From the human T2T-CHM13v2.0 reference genome, Homo sapiens: a DNA stretch of 64,000 nt. Every line of letters begins with the position of its first letter. The first letter of the stretch is position 1. The stretch lies in assembly GCF_009914755.1 (NCBI RefSeq), contig NC_060942.1, one strand, 5' to 3'. Positions 22,328 to 39,868 of the stretch are shown one piece after another. The translations under genes were made by a program, and so were the position numbers. The notes under the pieces are model-generated. The model was not told where the DNA came from, did no database searches, and was given only the letters and a program-made list of their open reading frames with translations.

Positions 22328-22853
22328 CAATGGTCCCCAACCTTTTTGGCACCAGGGACCAGTTTCATGGAAGACAATTTTTCCATGGACCGGGGTTGGG
22401 GGATGCTTTGGTGATGATTCAAGCACATTACATTTATGGTGTACTTAATTTCTATTATTATTGTATTGTAATATATAATGAAATAATTCTACAACTCACC
22501 ATAATGTAGACTCAGTGGGAGCCCTGAGCTTGTTTTCCTGCAGCTAGACGGTCCCCTCTGGGAGACAGTGACAGATCATAAGATCATCAGGCATTAGATT
22601 CTCATAAGGAGTGTGCAACCTAGATTCCTTGCATGTAGAGTTCACAGTAGGGTTCGTGCTCCTATGAGAATTTAATGCCACTGCTGATCTGACAGGAGGT
22701 GAAGCTCAAGCGGTTATGCGAGCAATGGGGAGCAGCTGTAAATACAGGTGAAGCTTTGCTCACTTGCCCACCACTCACCTCCTGCTGTGTGGCCCAGTTC
22801 CTAGCAGGTCATGGACCAGTACCAGTCCATGGCCCAGAGGTTGGGGACCCCTG
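22328..22853. mobile_element. MER1A hAT DNA transposon inserted in an L2 fragment
   Basis: TIRs caatggtccccaacc / ggttggggacccctg; 8-bp TSD CTTTAGGC/CTTTAGAC; 526 bp. Confidence 0.88.
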
Positions 22854-23274
22854 CTTTAGACCTTTTTGGATCACCCTATGTTAAAAATTACAGCTCCATT
22901 CTGCAACAGTTTCTCCACACTTACGTCCATCTGATGGTTTATATATTTTATTTGTCTTTCTCTCCCCACTAGAATTCTAATAAATGAAAGCAGGAGTTTT
23001 TGTCCCTTCTGTTCACTGCTGTGTCTGAAAGCTGTTCCAATAGGGCTCTACAATAGAGGGCACTAAGTCAACATTTGTTGAATGCATATTAACTGAAAGT
23101 TGGTGGCCTTGGGCAAATGACTTCTTTCCATGCTTCAGCTTCCTCCTGTATGTATCAAGATGGTTGCATAAACATCTCTCTAAGGACCTTCTAGTTTTAA
23201 TATTCTATGATTCTAATATTTCTAGTTACTTCTGGGCAATACATTTATGATGAAATTAAAGGATATTCTCTCTG

Positions 23275-24045
23275 ACTTCTCAAAGGAAGACATACAGGCA
23301 CCCAACAATCATATGGAAAAATGATCAACATCACTAATCATTAGAGAAATGCAAGTCAAAACCACAATGAGCTACCATTTCACACTTGTCAGAATGGCTA
23401 TTATTAAAAAGTCAAAAAACAGCAGATGGTGGCAAGGTTATGAAGAAAAGGGAACACTTATACACTGCTGGTAAGATCATAAATTAGTTTAGCCACTATG
23501 GAAAACAGTTTGAACATTTCTCAAGGGACTTAGAATTAGCATTCAACCCAGCAATCCCATTACTGGGCATACTCAAAAGATGATAAATTGTTCTACCATA
23601 AAGACACATGTACATGTATGTTCATAGTGCCCATCAATGGTAGTCTGGATAAATAAAATGTACATATACACAATAGAACACTATGCAGCCATTAAAAAGA
23701 ACAAGATCATGTCCTTTGCAGCAACATGGATGGAGCTGGAGGCCATTATCCTAAGCAAATTAACACAGGGACAGAAAACCAAATAGTAAATGTTCTCACT
23801 TATAAGTGGGAGCTAAACATTGAGTACACATGGGCACAAAGAAAGGAACAGCAGACACCAGGGCCTACTTGAGGGTGGAGGTTGGGAGGAGGGTGAGGAT
23901 CAAAAAACTACTTATCAGGTACTATGCTTATTACCTGAGTGACAAAATAATCTGTACATCAAACCCTGCAATATGAAATTTACCCATGTAACAAACCTGC
24001 ACATGCACCCCCAAATCTGAAATAAAAGGTGGAAAGAGAAAAAAA
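23275..24045 (+). mobile_element. 5'-truncated primate L1 (ORF2 end plus 3' UTR)
   Basis: L1 3' sequence with A tail; TSD aaaggatattctctctg / aaaggatattccgtctg. Confidence 0.88.
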
Positions 24046-24789
24046 AGGATATTCCGTCTGGATGGGTCATAAAATATGTAAAAAACATTCTGATAATTAC
24101 ACGCAAGTCTCATCTTTTAAGAAAAGAGTCTCTAAATTAGGCTTCAAGAAATACTGAAATTCTGTTACTAATTACGTAATAAAAACTAAGAAGCTTTCAT
24201 TGACTAAGGACCTTGATAAAAACGTGGCCTTTTTTTCAGTCAATATTTTTAGTTTTCTAATTTATTTTGCTTATTAAGTATGGCTTTAATATTTTATAAT
24301 TTATAAGTAAATTATACCTAATCATAAATGAAATGAGTGTAGTGCTTTGAGTAGCATTATATTTGATAGTATGCAGTTTTGTTTCATAATATTAAATGAT
24401 TGCTTTTATGAAATATCCCATCTCCTAATAAACCATTGCCATTGTTCCACAAATATACTTACTAATATAAGTGGCAAAAGGGAAGAATTACTCAAGATAT
24501 TGAGGGATCTTCCTGATACATTGCAAAGAATGTGACTCAAACTGGAGCTAAGACTATATATGATTAGAGAGTTGAATATAATTTAATATAATATCAATTT
24601 AGCTCTGTTAAAATTAGGTTGACTCAAGTCTCTAAGGAACACACAAAAGTATTTATGAGAAATTATAATGTGACTAGCAGACTGTGCCTCAAATTCTTTA
24701 TTATGAGTACTCTTTTGCCCTGGTATATTGAAAAGCAGTTAAGTTAGGCAACTTAGAAACAAAATCTTGTTTAAAAAACTAAGATAAAA

Positions 24790-27700
24790 TTTACATACAG
24801 TGAAATGTACAGATCTTAAGGATATGGCTCAGTGAGTGTTGACCAGTCCATATAGCCATGTAACCCACACCTCTATCCTTTTTTTAGTCATTTAATAAAA
24901 TTCTTTTTATTTTGAAATAATTATAGATTCACATGCAGTGGTAAGAAATAACAGAGAGATCCCCTGTACCCTTTATCACAATGGTAACATCTTGCAAATC
25001 TGTGTAGTACAGTATCACAACCAGGATATTGACATTGATACAGTGAAGATACAGAACATTTCCATCACCACAAGGATCCTTTTTGTGTGAACATGTCTTC
25101 ACTTCTCTGGGAGTGCAGTTCCCCAGAGTGTTCTTGCTGGATCCTATGGTAGTTGTTTATTTAGTTTTCTTTTTTTAATTGTCAAATTGTTCCCCAGAGT
25201 GGCTGTACTATTTTAAATTTCCCACTAAGCGCTGCTTTTTCTGTACCCCACAAATTTTGATAAGTTGTATCTTCATTTACCTTCTTTCAAAATATTCTAA
25301 AATTTCTCAAAACTCCTTTTTTTAACCCATGTGTATTTACAAGTGTGTGGTTTTATTTCCAAATATTTTCAGATTTTTCTATATATCTTTGTGTTATTGA
25401 TTTTTTTGTTTAATTCCATGTTGTTCTGAGAACATACTTCGTATGATTTCTATTGTATGATTAAGTTGTGATTTCTGGACTGGGATGTGGTTTATCCTAG
25501 TGAATATTCCATGTGAGCTTGAGAAGAATGTGTATTCCACTGTTGTTGGATGAAGTATTCTATAAATGTCAATTAAATTCAGTTGACTGATGGTTTATTG
25601 TTCAGCTCAACCACATCTATACTGATTTTCTGCCTGCTGCGTCTATCAATTACTGATAGAGGGGTATTGAAGTCTCCAACTATAATAGTGACTTTGTCTA
25701 TTTCTCTTGCAGTTCCATCAGTTTTTGCCTTATATATTTTGATGCTCTGTTGTTAGGTGTACACACACTAAGGATTATTATGTCTTTTTGGAGAATTTAC
25801 CCCTTTATCATTAATGTCTCTCTTTTCCTGGTCATTTTCTTTGTTCTAAAGTTGGCTTTGTCTAAAACTTATATATAGGTACACCAGCTTTCTTTCAATT
25901 AGTGTTAGCAAGGTGTATATATCTTTTTCCATTCTTTTATTTTTAATCTATTTGCATATTTATATTTATAATGGTTTTCTTTTAGACAGCCTCTACTTGG
26001 GTCTTGGTTTTTTTAATCTACTCTGACAGTGTTTGTCCTTTAATTGATATATTTAGAAAATTCACCTCTAAAGTGATTATTGATATATTTAGGTTAATAT
26101 CCACCATATTTGCTACTGTTTTCTATTTGTGGCACTTGTTTTTGTTTTTGTTTTTGTTTTCAGAAAACATTCCCTTCTTTTTCTGACTTCTCTGTTTTAA
26201 GGATTTTATATCATTCCATTTTCTCTCCTCTCTTAGCAATATATATTATCTTCTTTTAAAACATTTTCCTATTGTTTGTCCTAGAGTTTGCAATATATAT
26301 TTACAATTAATATAAGTCCAATTTCAAATAACAGTATACCAGTTCATGGGTAGTATATGTACCTTGTACAAGAATATGTCGTTTCTTCTTACTGTGCCTT
26401 GTAAGATCAATCATTTCACTTACCCACAAATTATAATCACCTAAAACATTGTTGCTATTATTATTTTAAACCAACAATAATCTATTAGAACAATTATGAA
26501 CATAAAAAATAAAAGATTTTATTTTATCTTCATTTATTCCTTCTCCAAATGCCCTTCCTTTCTGAAAATATATGTCAGATCAAGTTTCTGACATATATCA
26601 TTTTCCTTCTGCCTGAAGAAATTCTTTTTTTTTTTTTTTTTTTTTTAGTATTTATTGATTATTCTTGGGTGTTTCTCAGAGAGGGGGATGTGGCAGGGTC
26701 ATAGGATAATAGTGGAGAGAAGGTCAGCAGATAAACATGTGAACAAAGGTCTCTGGTTTTCCTAGGCAGAGGTCCCTGTGGCCTTCCGCAGTGTTTGTTT
26801 CTCTGGGTACTTGAGATTAGGGAGTGGTGATGACTCTTAACAAGCTTGATGCCTTCAAGCATCTGTTTAACAAAGCACATCTTGCACCGCCCTTAATCCA
26901 TTTAACCCTGAGTTGACACAGCACATGTTTCAGAGAGCACGGGGTTGGGGGTAAGGTTATAGATTAACAACATCCCAAGGCAGAAGAATTTTTCTTAGTA
27001 CAGAACAAAATGGAGTCTCCTATGTCTACTTCTTTCTACACAGACACAGTAACAATCTGATCTCTCTTTCTTTTCCCCACATTTCCCCATTTTCTTTTCG
27101 ACAAAACCGCCATCGTCATCATGGCCCATTCTCAATGGTCGCTGTCTCTTCGGAGCTGTTGGGTACACCTGCAGAAAGGCTGTCACTTCACACTTGGAAG
27201 ATTGCACAGCAGCCATGCAGAGGCGCTCCTCACTTCCCAGATGGGGTGGCCGGGTAGAGACGCTCCTCACCTCCCAGACGGGGCGGCCAGGCAGAGGTGC
27301 TCCTCACCTCCCAGACGGGGCGGCCGGGCAGAGGAGCTCCTCACCTCCCAGACGGGGCGGCCGGGCAGAGGCGCTCCTCACTTCCCAGACGGGGCGGCCG
27401 GGCAGAGGCGCTCCTCACATCCCAGACGGGGCGGCCGGGCAGAGGCGCTCCTCACTTCCCAGATGGGGCGGCCGGGCAGAGGCGCTCCTCACTTCCCAGA
27501 CGGGGCGGCCGGGCAGAGGAGCTCCTCAACTCCCAGACGGGGTGGCGGCCGGGCAGAGGTGCTCCTCACATCCCAGACAATGGGCGGCCGGGCAGAGGCG
27601 CTCCTCACTTCCCAGATGATGGGTGGCTGGGCAGTGATGCTCCTCACTTCCTAGATGGGGTGGCGGCCAGGCAGAGAGGCTCCTCACTTCCTAGACGGGG

Positions 27701-28720
27701 TGGCGGCTGGGCAGAGACGCTCCTCACCTCCCAGACAGGGTGGCGGCCGGGCAGAGGCACTCCTCACCTCCCAGACGGGGTGGCGGCTGGGCAGAGGCTG
27801 TAATCTTAGCACTTTGGGAGGCCAAGGCAGGCGGCTGGGAGGTGGAGGTTGTAGCGAGCTGAGATCACGCCACTGCACTCCAGCCTGGGCAACATTGAGC
27901 ACTGAGTGAGCGAGACTCCGTCTGCAATCCCAGCACCTTGGGGGGCCAAGGCGGGCAGATCACTTGAGGTCAGGAGCTGGAGACCAGCACGGCCAACATG
28001 GCGAAACCCCGTCTCCACCAAAAATACAAAAACCAGTCAGGCATGGCGGCACGTGCCTGCAATCCCAGGTACTCGGCAGGCCGAGGCAGGAGAATCAGGG
28101 GAGCCCGAGGCAGGGAGGTTGCAGCGAGCCGAGATCACGACAGTACAGTCCAGCCTCAGCAACAGAGGGAGACCGTAGAAAGAAAGAAAGAGAGAGAGAG
28201 AGAGAGGAAGGAAGGAAGGAAGGAAGGAAGGAGAAATTCTTTTAACATTTCTTGCAAAGCAGGTCAACTGACAACAAACTCCCTCAGATTTATTTGTCTG
28301 AAAAGTCTTCATTTTTCTTTCACTCTTGAAGGATACTTTTCTGTTTTTTTTCCTTTCAACATCTTAAATCTATCACTTTATTGTCTTCTTGTTTGCATAG
28401 TTATTGATGAGAAGTCTGATGTGATTCTTATTCTTGTTGCTGTTATAGGTGAAGTGGGGTTCTTTCTTTTTTGCCCTGACTTCTTCCAAGATTTTCTCTT
28501 TTTCTTTGGCTTTCTGTAGTTTTAATACAATATGCTCTGGTATAGGTTTTTTGGTATTTATCTTTGGTGTTTTCTAAGATTCTTAGATCTGTGGTTCGTA
28601 TCTGTCATTAATTTTGGGAAATTCTCCGGCACTATTGCTTCAAATATTTCTTTCTCTCCATCCTCTCTTTCCACTCCTTGTATTTCTATTACATGTATGT
28701 TTCCCAGCTGTTCACTCATT
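24790..28720 (-). mobile_element. Old L1M/L1MA-MC fragments (antisense), interrupted by the SVA; boundaries approximate
   Basis: T-rich antisense L1 ORF2/3' motifs such as cttgagaagaatgtgtattc and attgaagtctccaactataatagtg. Confidence 0.65.
26629..28231 (-). mobile_element. SVA retrotransposon (older SVA_A/B-like)
   Basis: PolyT; SINE-R (about 26647-27215); GC-rich VNTR of ggcagaggcgctcctcacttcccagacggggcggcc units (about 27215-27797); Alu-like domain (about 27797-28175); TSD AGAAATTCTTTT. Confidence 0.95.
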
Positions 28721-29168
28721 AGTCCTGGGTCACAGGTTATTTACTCCTAAGGCCCTTCTGTTGTTTCCATAGAAAGCCAAAGCTGTTTAAAAAGCCCCTC
28801 TAACTTAGCAGGATTCAGTATCCAAACTTTGTCTCCCTTTTTGTAGGTAGCAGCTGATATCATTACTCAACTTTTTTGCCTTCCAGCTGTTGCTTTCCAA
28901 TGTACTCCTTGGAGGCCCCTCTTCTGGATGGAATGTGTAAGTAGATTTGGGGGCTTCTCCCTCTGTGGCTCCTTCTTCTCTAGAATTTTGCCCTCCATTA
29001 TCAGCCATTCTGGAACTTCCCAGTCCTCCCATTGACACCTCAAGCCAGTAAGACTGCTTTCTATTTTTAGTTGTAGGGCTAGCGACTGAGAAATACCCTC
29101 AGGGAAAAATACCTGTCTACATGTAGATCTTACCCAGTTTAATTCCTTTCTTTCTGGAGACATATTCT

Positions 29169-31257
<2,089 letters not shown>

Positions 31258-31647
31258 AGAGACATACTCTCATTTCCAGTTCTGCCTGCTTTGGTCATTT
31301 TCAAAAGCCTTCAAATAGTTGGTTTTTTAAACATTTTGAACAGAATTTACAATTGTTATCTATGGGAGAATTAGTACATTTTAAGCTACTCCGTTACTGG
31401 AACCAGAACCTAGGAAGCTGTCTCTTTACCTTTTTGACCAGAGCAGCAAAGTATTCTTTTAGACTGTAGATATTACCCCTCATCTCCCTTGGTTACTGGT
31501 AATCCAAAAGGTTATGTGCCTGCTGTATTTTCTGCAGGGTCCATTAATATTTTTCTACTGAGAGTAGAGGGTAAGGAGAGCCACATTTTTCTGTTTTGAA
31601 CATTTGTATTTTGGATTTAAGATTTTCTTCAGGAAAGACACATGTAT

Positions 31648-31977
31648 AGTGGGCCCTCCATATCTGTAGGTTCTACATCCAGGAGGGGATTCAACCAACC
31701 ATGGATGGAAAATATTTTTTAAAAATGATAAAAAATAACAACACAACAAATTTAAAAGTTAAAAATACAACATAACTATTTACATAGCATTTACATTGTA
31801 TTAGGTCTTATAGGTAATCTAGAGATGATTTAAAGTATACAGGAGGATGTGCATAGGGTGCATAGGTTATATGTAAATACTTTGCCATTTTGTAAAAGAA
31901 ACTTGGGCATCCTTGGATTTTGGGTATCTTCAGAGGGTCCTGGAACCAATCTCCCGCAGATATTGAGGGACAACTGT
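31648..31977. mobile_element. MER2 (Tigger) DNA transposon
   Basis: ggccctccatatctgtaggttctacatcc...gagggacaactgta. Confidence 0.8.
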
Positions 31978-33319
31978 ATAGCTACACTTAATTCTGGCCT
32001 GTTTCCACAGCTTGGATGAATGTTGAGAGAATTGTGTCTCTATTTATATTTTTATTATCAAAGATAATAATTAAGGTAAATACTTCTGCCAGCTGTCTTT
32101 TTTCATGTCCTTCATTTTATCAGAAGCAGCTTTTAGTATTCGTAATCTAGAAATAAATGACTCACTTCTGGTAAGCATTTCCAAGTTAGAGAGCATGATA
32201 AATCATACCAATAATTTGTTTCCCTGAATTGAACACCCAAACCTCTGCTGTTCCATATGCAGGGCATGGAGGTAGGTGTTCTCTTCTATTCTGAGGATTT
32301 CCTTGGAGGTGGGATTGGATTCAGAGATGTATATTCACAAACACCAATGCCATTATGAGCATAAGCTGGCTTCTACCTTAGAGAGAACAGCTCTTGCTGC
32401 TTTCCTAACTTGCTCTGAGACGAGACTCCTGGATTTGCAGCAGCCCTGTCATGTAAACTGCCAGATTCCCAGTTCTGGAGCCCAGTTTGTCCTTTTAAGA
32501 TTAGAAAGCAGCAGTGTTCTAACCCTGTAGCCTAGGAGTTCATGTGGCAGATGTGATTTGCTGCTTGTGTATGCCATAAGGGCAGAGACAGAATGATTTT
32601 TAAAAATCATGTTTTTATAATAGTCATTTGCAACATTAAGAGATTGGGCCCCAAGAGTCTAATGGCTAATTTTATAAGGGGTTAAATCTCATGTGACGTT
32701 GACAGTCCTCCTCTGGATGGCTATAATCTCAAATAGCGAGAGTCTGTTCCCTGCCGTAAAAGATCACATGGATTACTTATAAGGATGAAAAGCAACTATC
32801 CCAGTCTCCTTAGCCTTTAATTTATCTTCCTTATCTGATTCGACCTCCTATGTTGGCCATTTCTCAATAATCTTTTCCATCTACTCTTTGGTTCATCCTG
32901 TATCTATTCGTAAACCCAGCCCTATCCTCAGCCTCTCCTGGCTGCATGTGGTCTGAACATTTGGTCCCCTGAAATATACTCTTTCATGCCCTTTTTAGTC
33001 AGTGGCTTCTGGGGAAGATCTTGAGAGAAACTTTCCCATAGTGGCTTTTCATCTTTTTTCCCCTACTCTAATAGACAAGATAGATCTGTTTGTCCACTTG
33101 ACAAATATCTATTGAGCATCTACTTGGATTCAGGCATGGTCTTAGGGACTGAGGATCAGTGATCTCAAGAAAGATATAAGTTTTTTCTTCCACGAAGCTC
33201 ACATTCTAGGAAGGATTACAGCTAAGTAAATGAAAAATAGTAGTGTGATAAATGCTTTGATATGGGCATAGAGGATATTACAGGGACATGTGAAAGCACC
33301 TAATATAAATGTATAGGGA

Positions 33320-33723
33320 TGATATGGTTTGAATATTTGTACTCGCCAAATTTCATGCTGAAATTGCAATCCCTAATGTTGGAGGTGGGGCCTGAGGGGA
33401 GGTATTTGGGTCATTGGGGTGGATCCCTCATGGCTTGATGCTGTCCCCCTGATAGTGAGTTCTCATGAGATCTGGTTGTTTGAAAGTGTGTGGCACCTCT
33501 GCCTGTCTCTCTTGCTCTGGCTATCCCCATGTGACACACCTGCTCCCCCAGTCCCTCTTTACCTTCTGCCATGATTGGAAGATTCCTGAGACCCTCACCA
33601 GAAGCAGATGCTGGAGCCATGCTGATACAGCCTGCAGAACCATGAGCCAATTAAATCTCTTTTCTTTATACATTACCCAGCCTCAGGTGTTTCTTTATAG
33701 CAATGCAAGAATAGCCTAACACA
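33320..33723 (+). mobile_element. MST (MaLR) solo LTR
   Basis: TGATATGGTTTG...CCTAACACA with 5-bp TSD AGGGA. Confidence 0.88.
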
Positions 33724-34075
33724 AGGGATCAAGGAAAATTTCCGGGGGAAGTTGCACTTATGCTTAGACCTGAGAGTGATTAGGAAGAGATGGGTTCCAA
33801 GTAGAAGGAACAGCATCTAACATAGCCATAAATGACACATATACAGGTGAGAATCCAGGAGTATGCCCAACCTTCAAGTGTATCTTATACTTACCCTTTT
33901 CTTCCCTGCTTAAGAGAGCATGTAGAAGAATATAAAGTGAGCAATAAGTCATTGTAGGGATAAATATGAATCTGCTCTAACTTTTTAAAAAGATAAATCG
34001 TAAATTATTTACAAGTTTTCTGTTAACTGAGAGTCCAGATATGATCCCACAGACATGCACTTTCAAGATGATTTA

Positions 34076-35378
<1,303 letters not shown>

Positions 35379-35579
35379 GCACCATCTCCCCAAAGGTAAT
35401 CACCATTAAGAGTGAAAACAAATTCTTCTAGTGTTTTTCCTTTCCAAAAAGATACACATTATCAAATTTACAAAAAGAGCCTTATGTAATACATGTATGA
35501 CTGGCTTTTAACATGTGATAGATTATAAACATTTTCATGTTAATAAATACTGTTTTATAATATAGTTTAAATACCTACA

Positions 35580-35922
<343 letters not shown>

Positions 35923-37821
35923 TACATACTTTCTCATGTGATATATTTAATTAGTTCTGTATTGTTAGGCATTTTGGGTTCTTCCAAATTTTTATAAACA
36001 TTATATCTCAAAAAAGTCTGTAAGTTGTGTAGATAAATCTTTCTAGCTTTAGAACTTCTATAAGCATTTCTTCCTTTTCTTAGGCTGAATCTGAGACCCA
36101 CTCATCATACTTTGATTAGGTGATACAACAAAGAAAAATTTGGTTGTGAAAGCAGCAAGAGTAGAAAAAGCATTATGACTTCATTTTTATAAATAAGGCT
36201 TTCAATTTATATTTCCATGATAACTTTATCATTTGTTGATATTTATTTACCAAAGTGCTACAGAACTCTTCAAAATATGAAAAGCCATGGGATTTAACCA
36301 TACAACAAAAATAATAATATTTTAAAATAATGTTTACCATTATATCAGAATGGAATGATTTTAGGTCTGAAAAAAGATGTTTACCATTACAAAACAAAGG
36401 AGGGTAATTTTAAAACTTGCTTTCATAATTTGTAATCAAATTTGGTAAAAAACTAATACTTCATGTAAATTCAGGGGGAGGTTGATTCATTCCAAGTTCA
36501 GGTTATTTAAAGCATTTAAAACTACACAAATGGCAAACCATTAATCATAATTAAAATAAACATAAATGGGATTGTTTATGGTCTTATGATACCGATTTTA
36601 GTTTGGAGCGTCATAAACCATCAGTCTAAATTTACTGTGTCCAAGTAGACTTGACTTGTTGGATTAGAATGTGTAAACTGCTTAAAAACATAATATATTG
36701 CCCTCAGGAATTTCAATATTTTTGATGCATATTTTAAAATTGAAATAACTTGTCAGTCTTCTATTTACTGTTGAAAAGTATTTAAATCTTTTTCTATTGT
36801 CTTCCTAATTGAAGTCAACCATCATTTAATTTTTCTCCTTAGTGTTTCTGCTTCCCTTACCTTATTCAGTAATAAACTTATTACTGCTGTCCTTATTATA
36901 ATATTATCACTGATAAGATGAATTTATGGGTGTTGTGGAATTCTCAGTTGATTTCATAAAAGTTTATGACTCCTTTAAAATTTTAGTGAAAAATCCCAAA
37001 ATATTGTTGTCTTGTTGATGTCCATCTGATTTAGAATTTCTTAATCTCTAGTGCTTTAAGAACTAATGTTTATGCTACTTTGGGATCATTAGTAGTTAGC
37101 TCAAAGATGATTTCTTGTACTAGAGATTCTTGATCATCTAGAAGCATCCTTTAAGAAGGATGTTTTAGAAACATACTTAATCTTGAGGGATGTGCTAAAC
37201 TTTTCTTCATTCCATCTGGGTCCATTCTTGCTGTAGTTAATTGTACTGTTTGGGCAGTTATTGTTGGCTTAGAGCAAATTGGTTCTTGTCATTCTTCTGC
37301 TTACCTCTCTGGGCCTCACTTCCCAGGACTCCTTACTCTCTCCACCTGCAGTAAGGCTGAGTCTCAGAATTCAGCTTGAAGGCTGCCCCCAATTCCCTGA
37401 AAGCTGGGCCAATTGTCAGTGACCTATGTTCCCAAAGGACACTTTCCTGGTGCTTAGCTCCCTGTGGCTATTGCCCCAGGGGGCCAGGGAGGAGGTGGCA
37501 GAGTATTCATCCTGGGGACATAGTGGGAGGCAGGACCACGTCTGAGTTGAGGCTCCAAGTCCCTGGCATGTGCCTCATTGGCTCATCAGACCTCACTTAT
37601 AAAACACAGATTCCAAGAGAAAATTAGGAAAAATTTTAAGACAGCAACCAGAGAGCATTACTCCAAAAAAGAGGCCCTCTGAGGAGGAGCCAGGGGCTGA
37701 GACTGCATTGGCCACTCTCTGAGGAAGCTGGCCCCACACATATTAATTCATTTCATCCTCCCAACAACCCACTTGTACAGATGTGGAAAATGTTACACTG
37801 AAAGTAACCAACCAAACATCC

Positions 37822-38553
37822 TGTTAACCAATAAATGAGTGACTGAGGCAAATGTCTCAATCAGTAGAGGTTTATTGAGCCAAAGTTTGAGGACATGCCC
37901 AGGAAAAACACAAGCCACAGAAACATCTGTGACCTGTGCTGTTTCCAAAGAGGGTTTCGGGAACTCAGTATTTAAGGGGACAGAGCAAGCAAAGGGAGGG
38001 AGGGTAGGCAGTGAGGCAAATGATTATATTCTGGTAAGGCTCTCCTTCATGCTCAGTAAGTCTACGTTTTATGTAAGATAAGGTGAATATCTGAAAAGAG
38101 GGAGTAGAGGCAAGAGTCAATTACACACACATCTCAGGGGAGGCAGAGGAGTGATTGATCTCAGCTTGTCCTTGTTCTACACCTGGGAAGATAAGTTTGT
38201 AATCGACATTGTCAGTGTGAGATTTAACAGAACTTGGTTGTAGGAGTTAAACTTAGATTGCAGACCCAAGGTTACCATGGGCATGTGCTTGTTTTATAGG
38301 GGGGATATGTCATCTGAAATATTTAGGGGCTAGCAAGGAATTTCCTTGTAATTTGTGAGGGAGGCCATCCAGAGAGTTATATGGCCTTTTGTCATTGTGA
38401 GAACCTGGCTTATTTCACAACACAGGGCTGTGAAATTACAGCTATCTGTTCGGGGGGAAAACGAATGGCTGTGTTGTATGACTCAGTTCCCAGGCTTAAT
38501 TGTCCCTTGGGCATAACAAGTTTAGGGATCCTGAGGTTTTATTTTCTTTTACA
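37822..38553 (-). mobile_element. MER4-group ERV1 solo LTR
   Basis: Reverse complement starts TGTAAAAGAAAATAAAACCTCAGGATCCC; TSD ATCC on both sides. Confidence 0.78.
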
Positions 38554-39018
38554 ATCCCATGTCTTCTAAGTGGCATAGCCAGGATTTGAACTTGGGTAGT
38601 AGTACACCCCTATGGTCTCTGCTCTTAAACTTTCTGCTAGCTCACTCCTCCTGTGCTACGTAAGTGAATGCTAGAATTCATAGCTCTAGGAGGCTGGAAG
38701 CAAAGGGAAGAAAACCATCTGTTTGTGCTTCTCCTCCATGTGTAACTACCTAGGTGGAGTCTAAGTTACTCAGGTCTTAGGTCTCTGCTGAGGACTGATG
38801 GTGTCTCCTGTTTACATCTAACAATGTTAACAATCAGCATGGCCTGGCACATAGCATTGTTCTCCTCATCATCATCAAAAAGAAAAAGTCTTCCCTGTAT
38901 ATATGTGCACATAAAAATATATAATATATATTTATATAAATTACTCACATATTTAAGAACGTGTAACATTTTAAAAAAAAAACAAAAACCTTTGCTGTAT
39001 TTTAAAAAAATAGATCTG

Positions 39019-39037
39019 TATTGCCCTCTAGTGGCCA
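39019..39037 (-). promoter_or_regulatory. CTCF core motif
   Basis: Reverse complement TGGCCACTAGAGGGCAATA is a close match to the CTCF consensus TGGCCACCAGGGGGCGCTA and lies in apparently non-repeat sequence. Confidence 0.7.
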
Positions 39038-39466
39038 TGAAAATTTAAACGGTGGGTAACCCTAAAAGAGAATAGCAGCTGTTCAAGTGCCAACCATAAA
39101 AACATCAACCCTACTACCTCCATATATTGCTGGGGTGCAAACAGGCATGCTCACAGCGACCAGGTAGGTGATGTCACAGGGAAGTGGGCTGGGACAACAT
39201 GGAAATGGTCCAACACTTCCCTCTCCAAAGGGGGAACCTCTACTGAGTTCCAGCTTATGGCTGCCCCGAAGAAGACGGGCCAGTTGCTAAAGAGAAGCTC
39301 CAGAACCAGGTATTTATGTAAGAGTGCCCAATGTTTCAGTGTAGGAAATCAACTAATTTTTAATTCCCAGTCTCTGGGTGTGTCATTCACATTTCTGTGG
39401 GTTAGATTTAGGCTGCAAGTCTAGCCACTTGCTCATATGTGCTGGACAAAACTTACAGGAGGCCTT

Positions 39467-39868
39467 TGTTTTGGATTAGGCCCCAGCAGACCAAACCAAA
39501 ATGGAGTCACTCATGCTAAGGTTACATATCACCAAGCTGAAAATAAGTTGTTTATCTGACCTTCTGAGAAATCAGGAGAGAGAGAGAGAATGGCCAAATC
39601 CCCAAACAGACCAGTCCCAGCCAGCATAAGGAAGTCCCCTCTGCTTTAACATTTTTTTTTTACAAGGAAAGTCGCTTTGAAATGACCAATTTGCTTTTTG
39701 TTTTGTTTCTGCTTTCCTCAGCCTTTCTTTGTCTATAAACCAATCTCCTCTGCTCAGCTCAGCAGAACAATTATTCTATTTTATGGAATGAAGTGTTGCC
39801 TGATTCTAAAATTGCAAATAAAGCCAATTAAAATATTTAAAAATTTGTGGTAATTTTGTTTTTTGACA
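39467..39868 (+). mobile_element. ERV1-class solo LTR (MER4/MER57-like group)
   Basis: TG...CA termini; accaaaatggagtcactcatgctaag; AATAAA at about 39817. Confidence 0.6.

Noticed and set aside
27121-27909. Overlapping 140-177-aa repetitive ORFs or a CRISPR-like array
   Set aside because: This is the SVA VNTR: GC-rich tandem units lack stop codons by composition, there are no unique spacers, and the context is eukaryotic.
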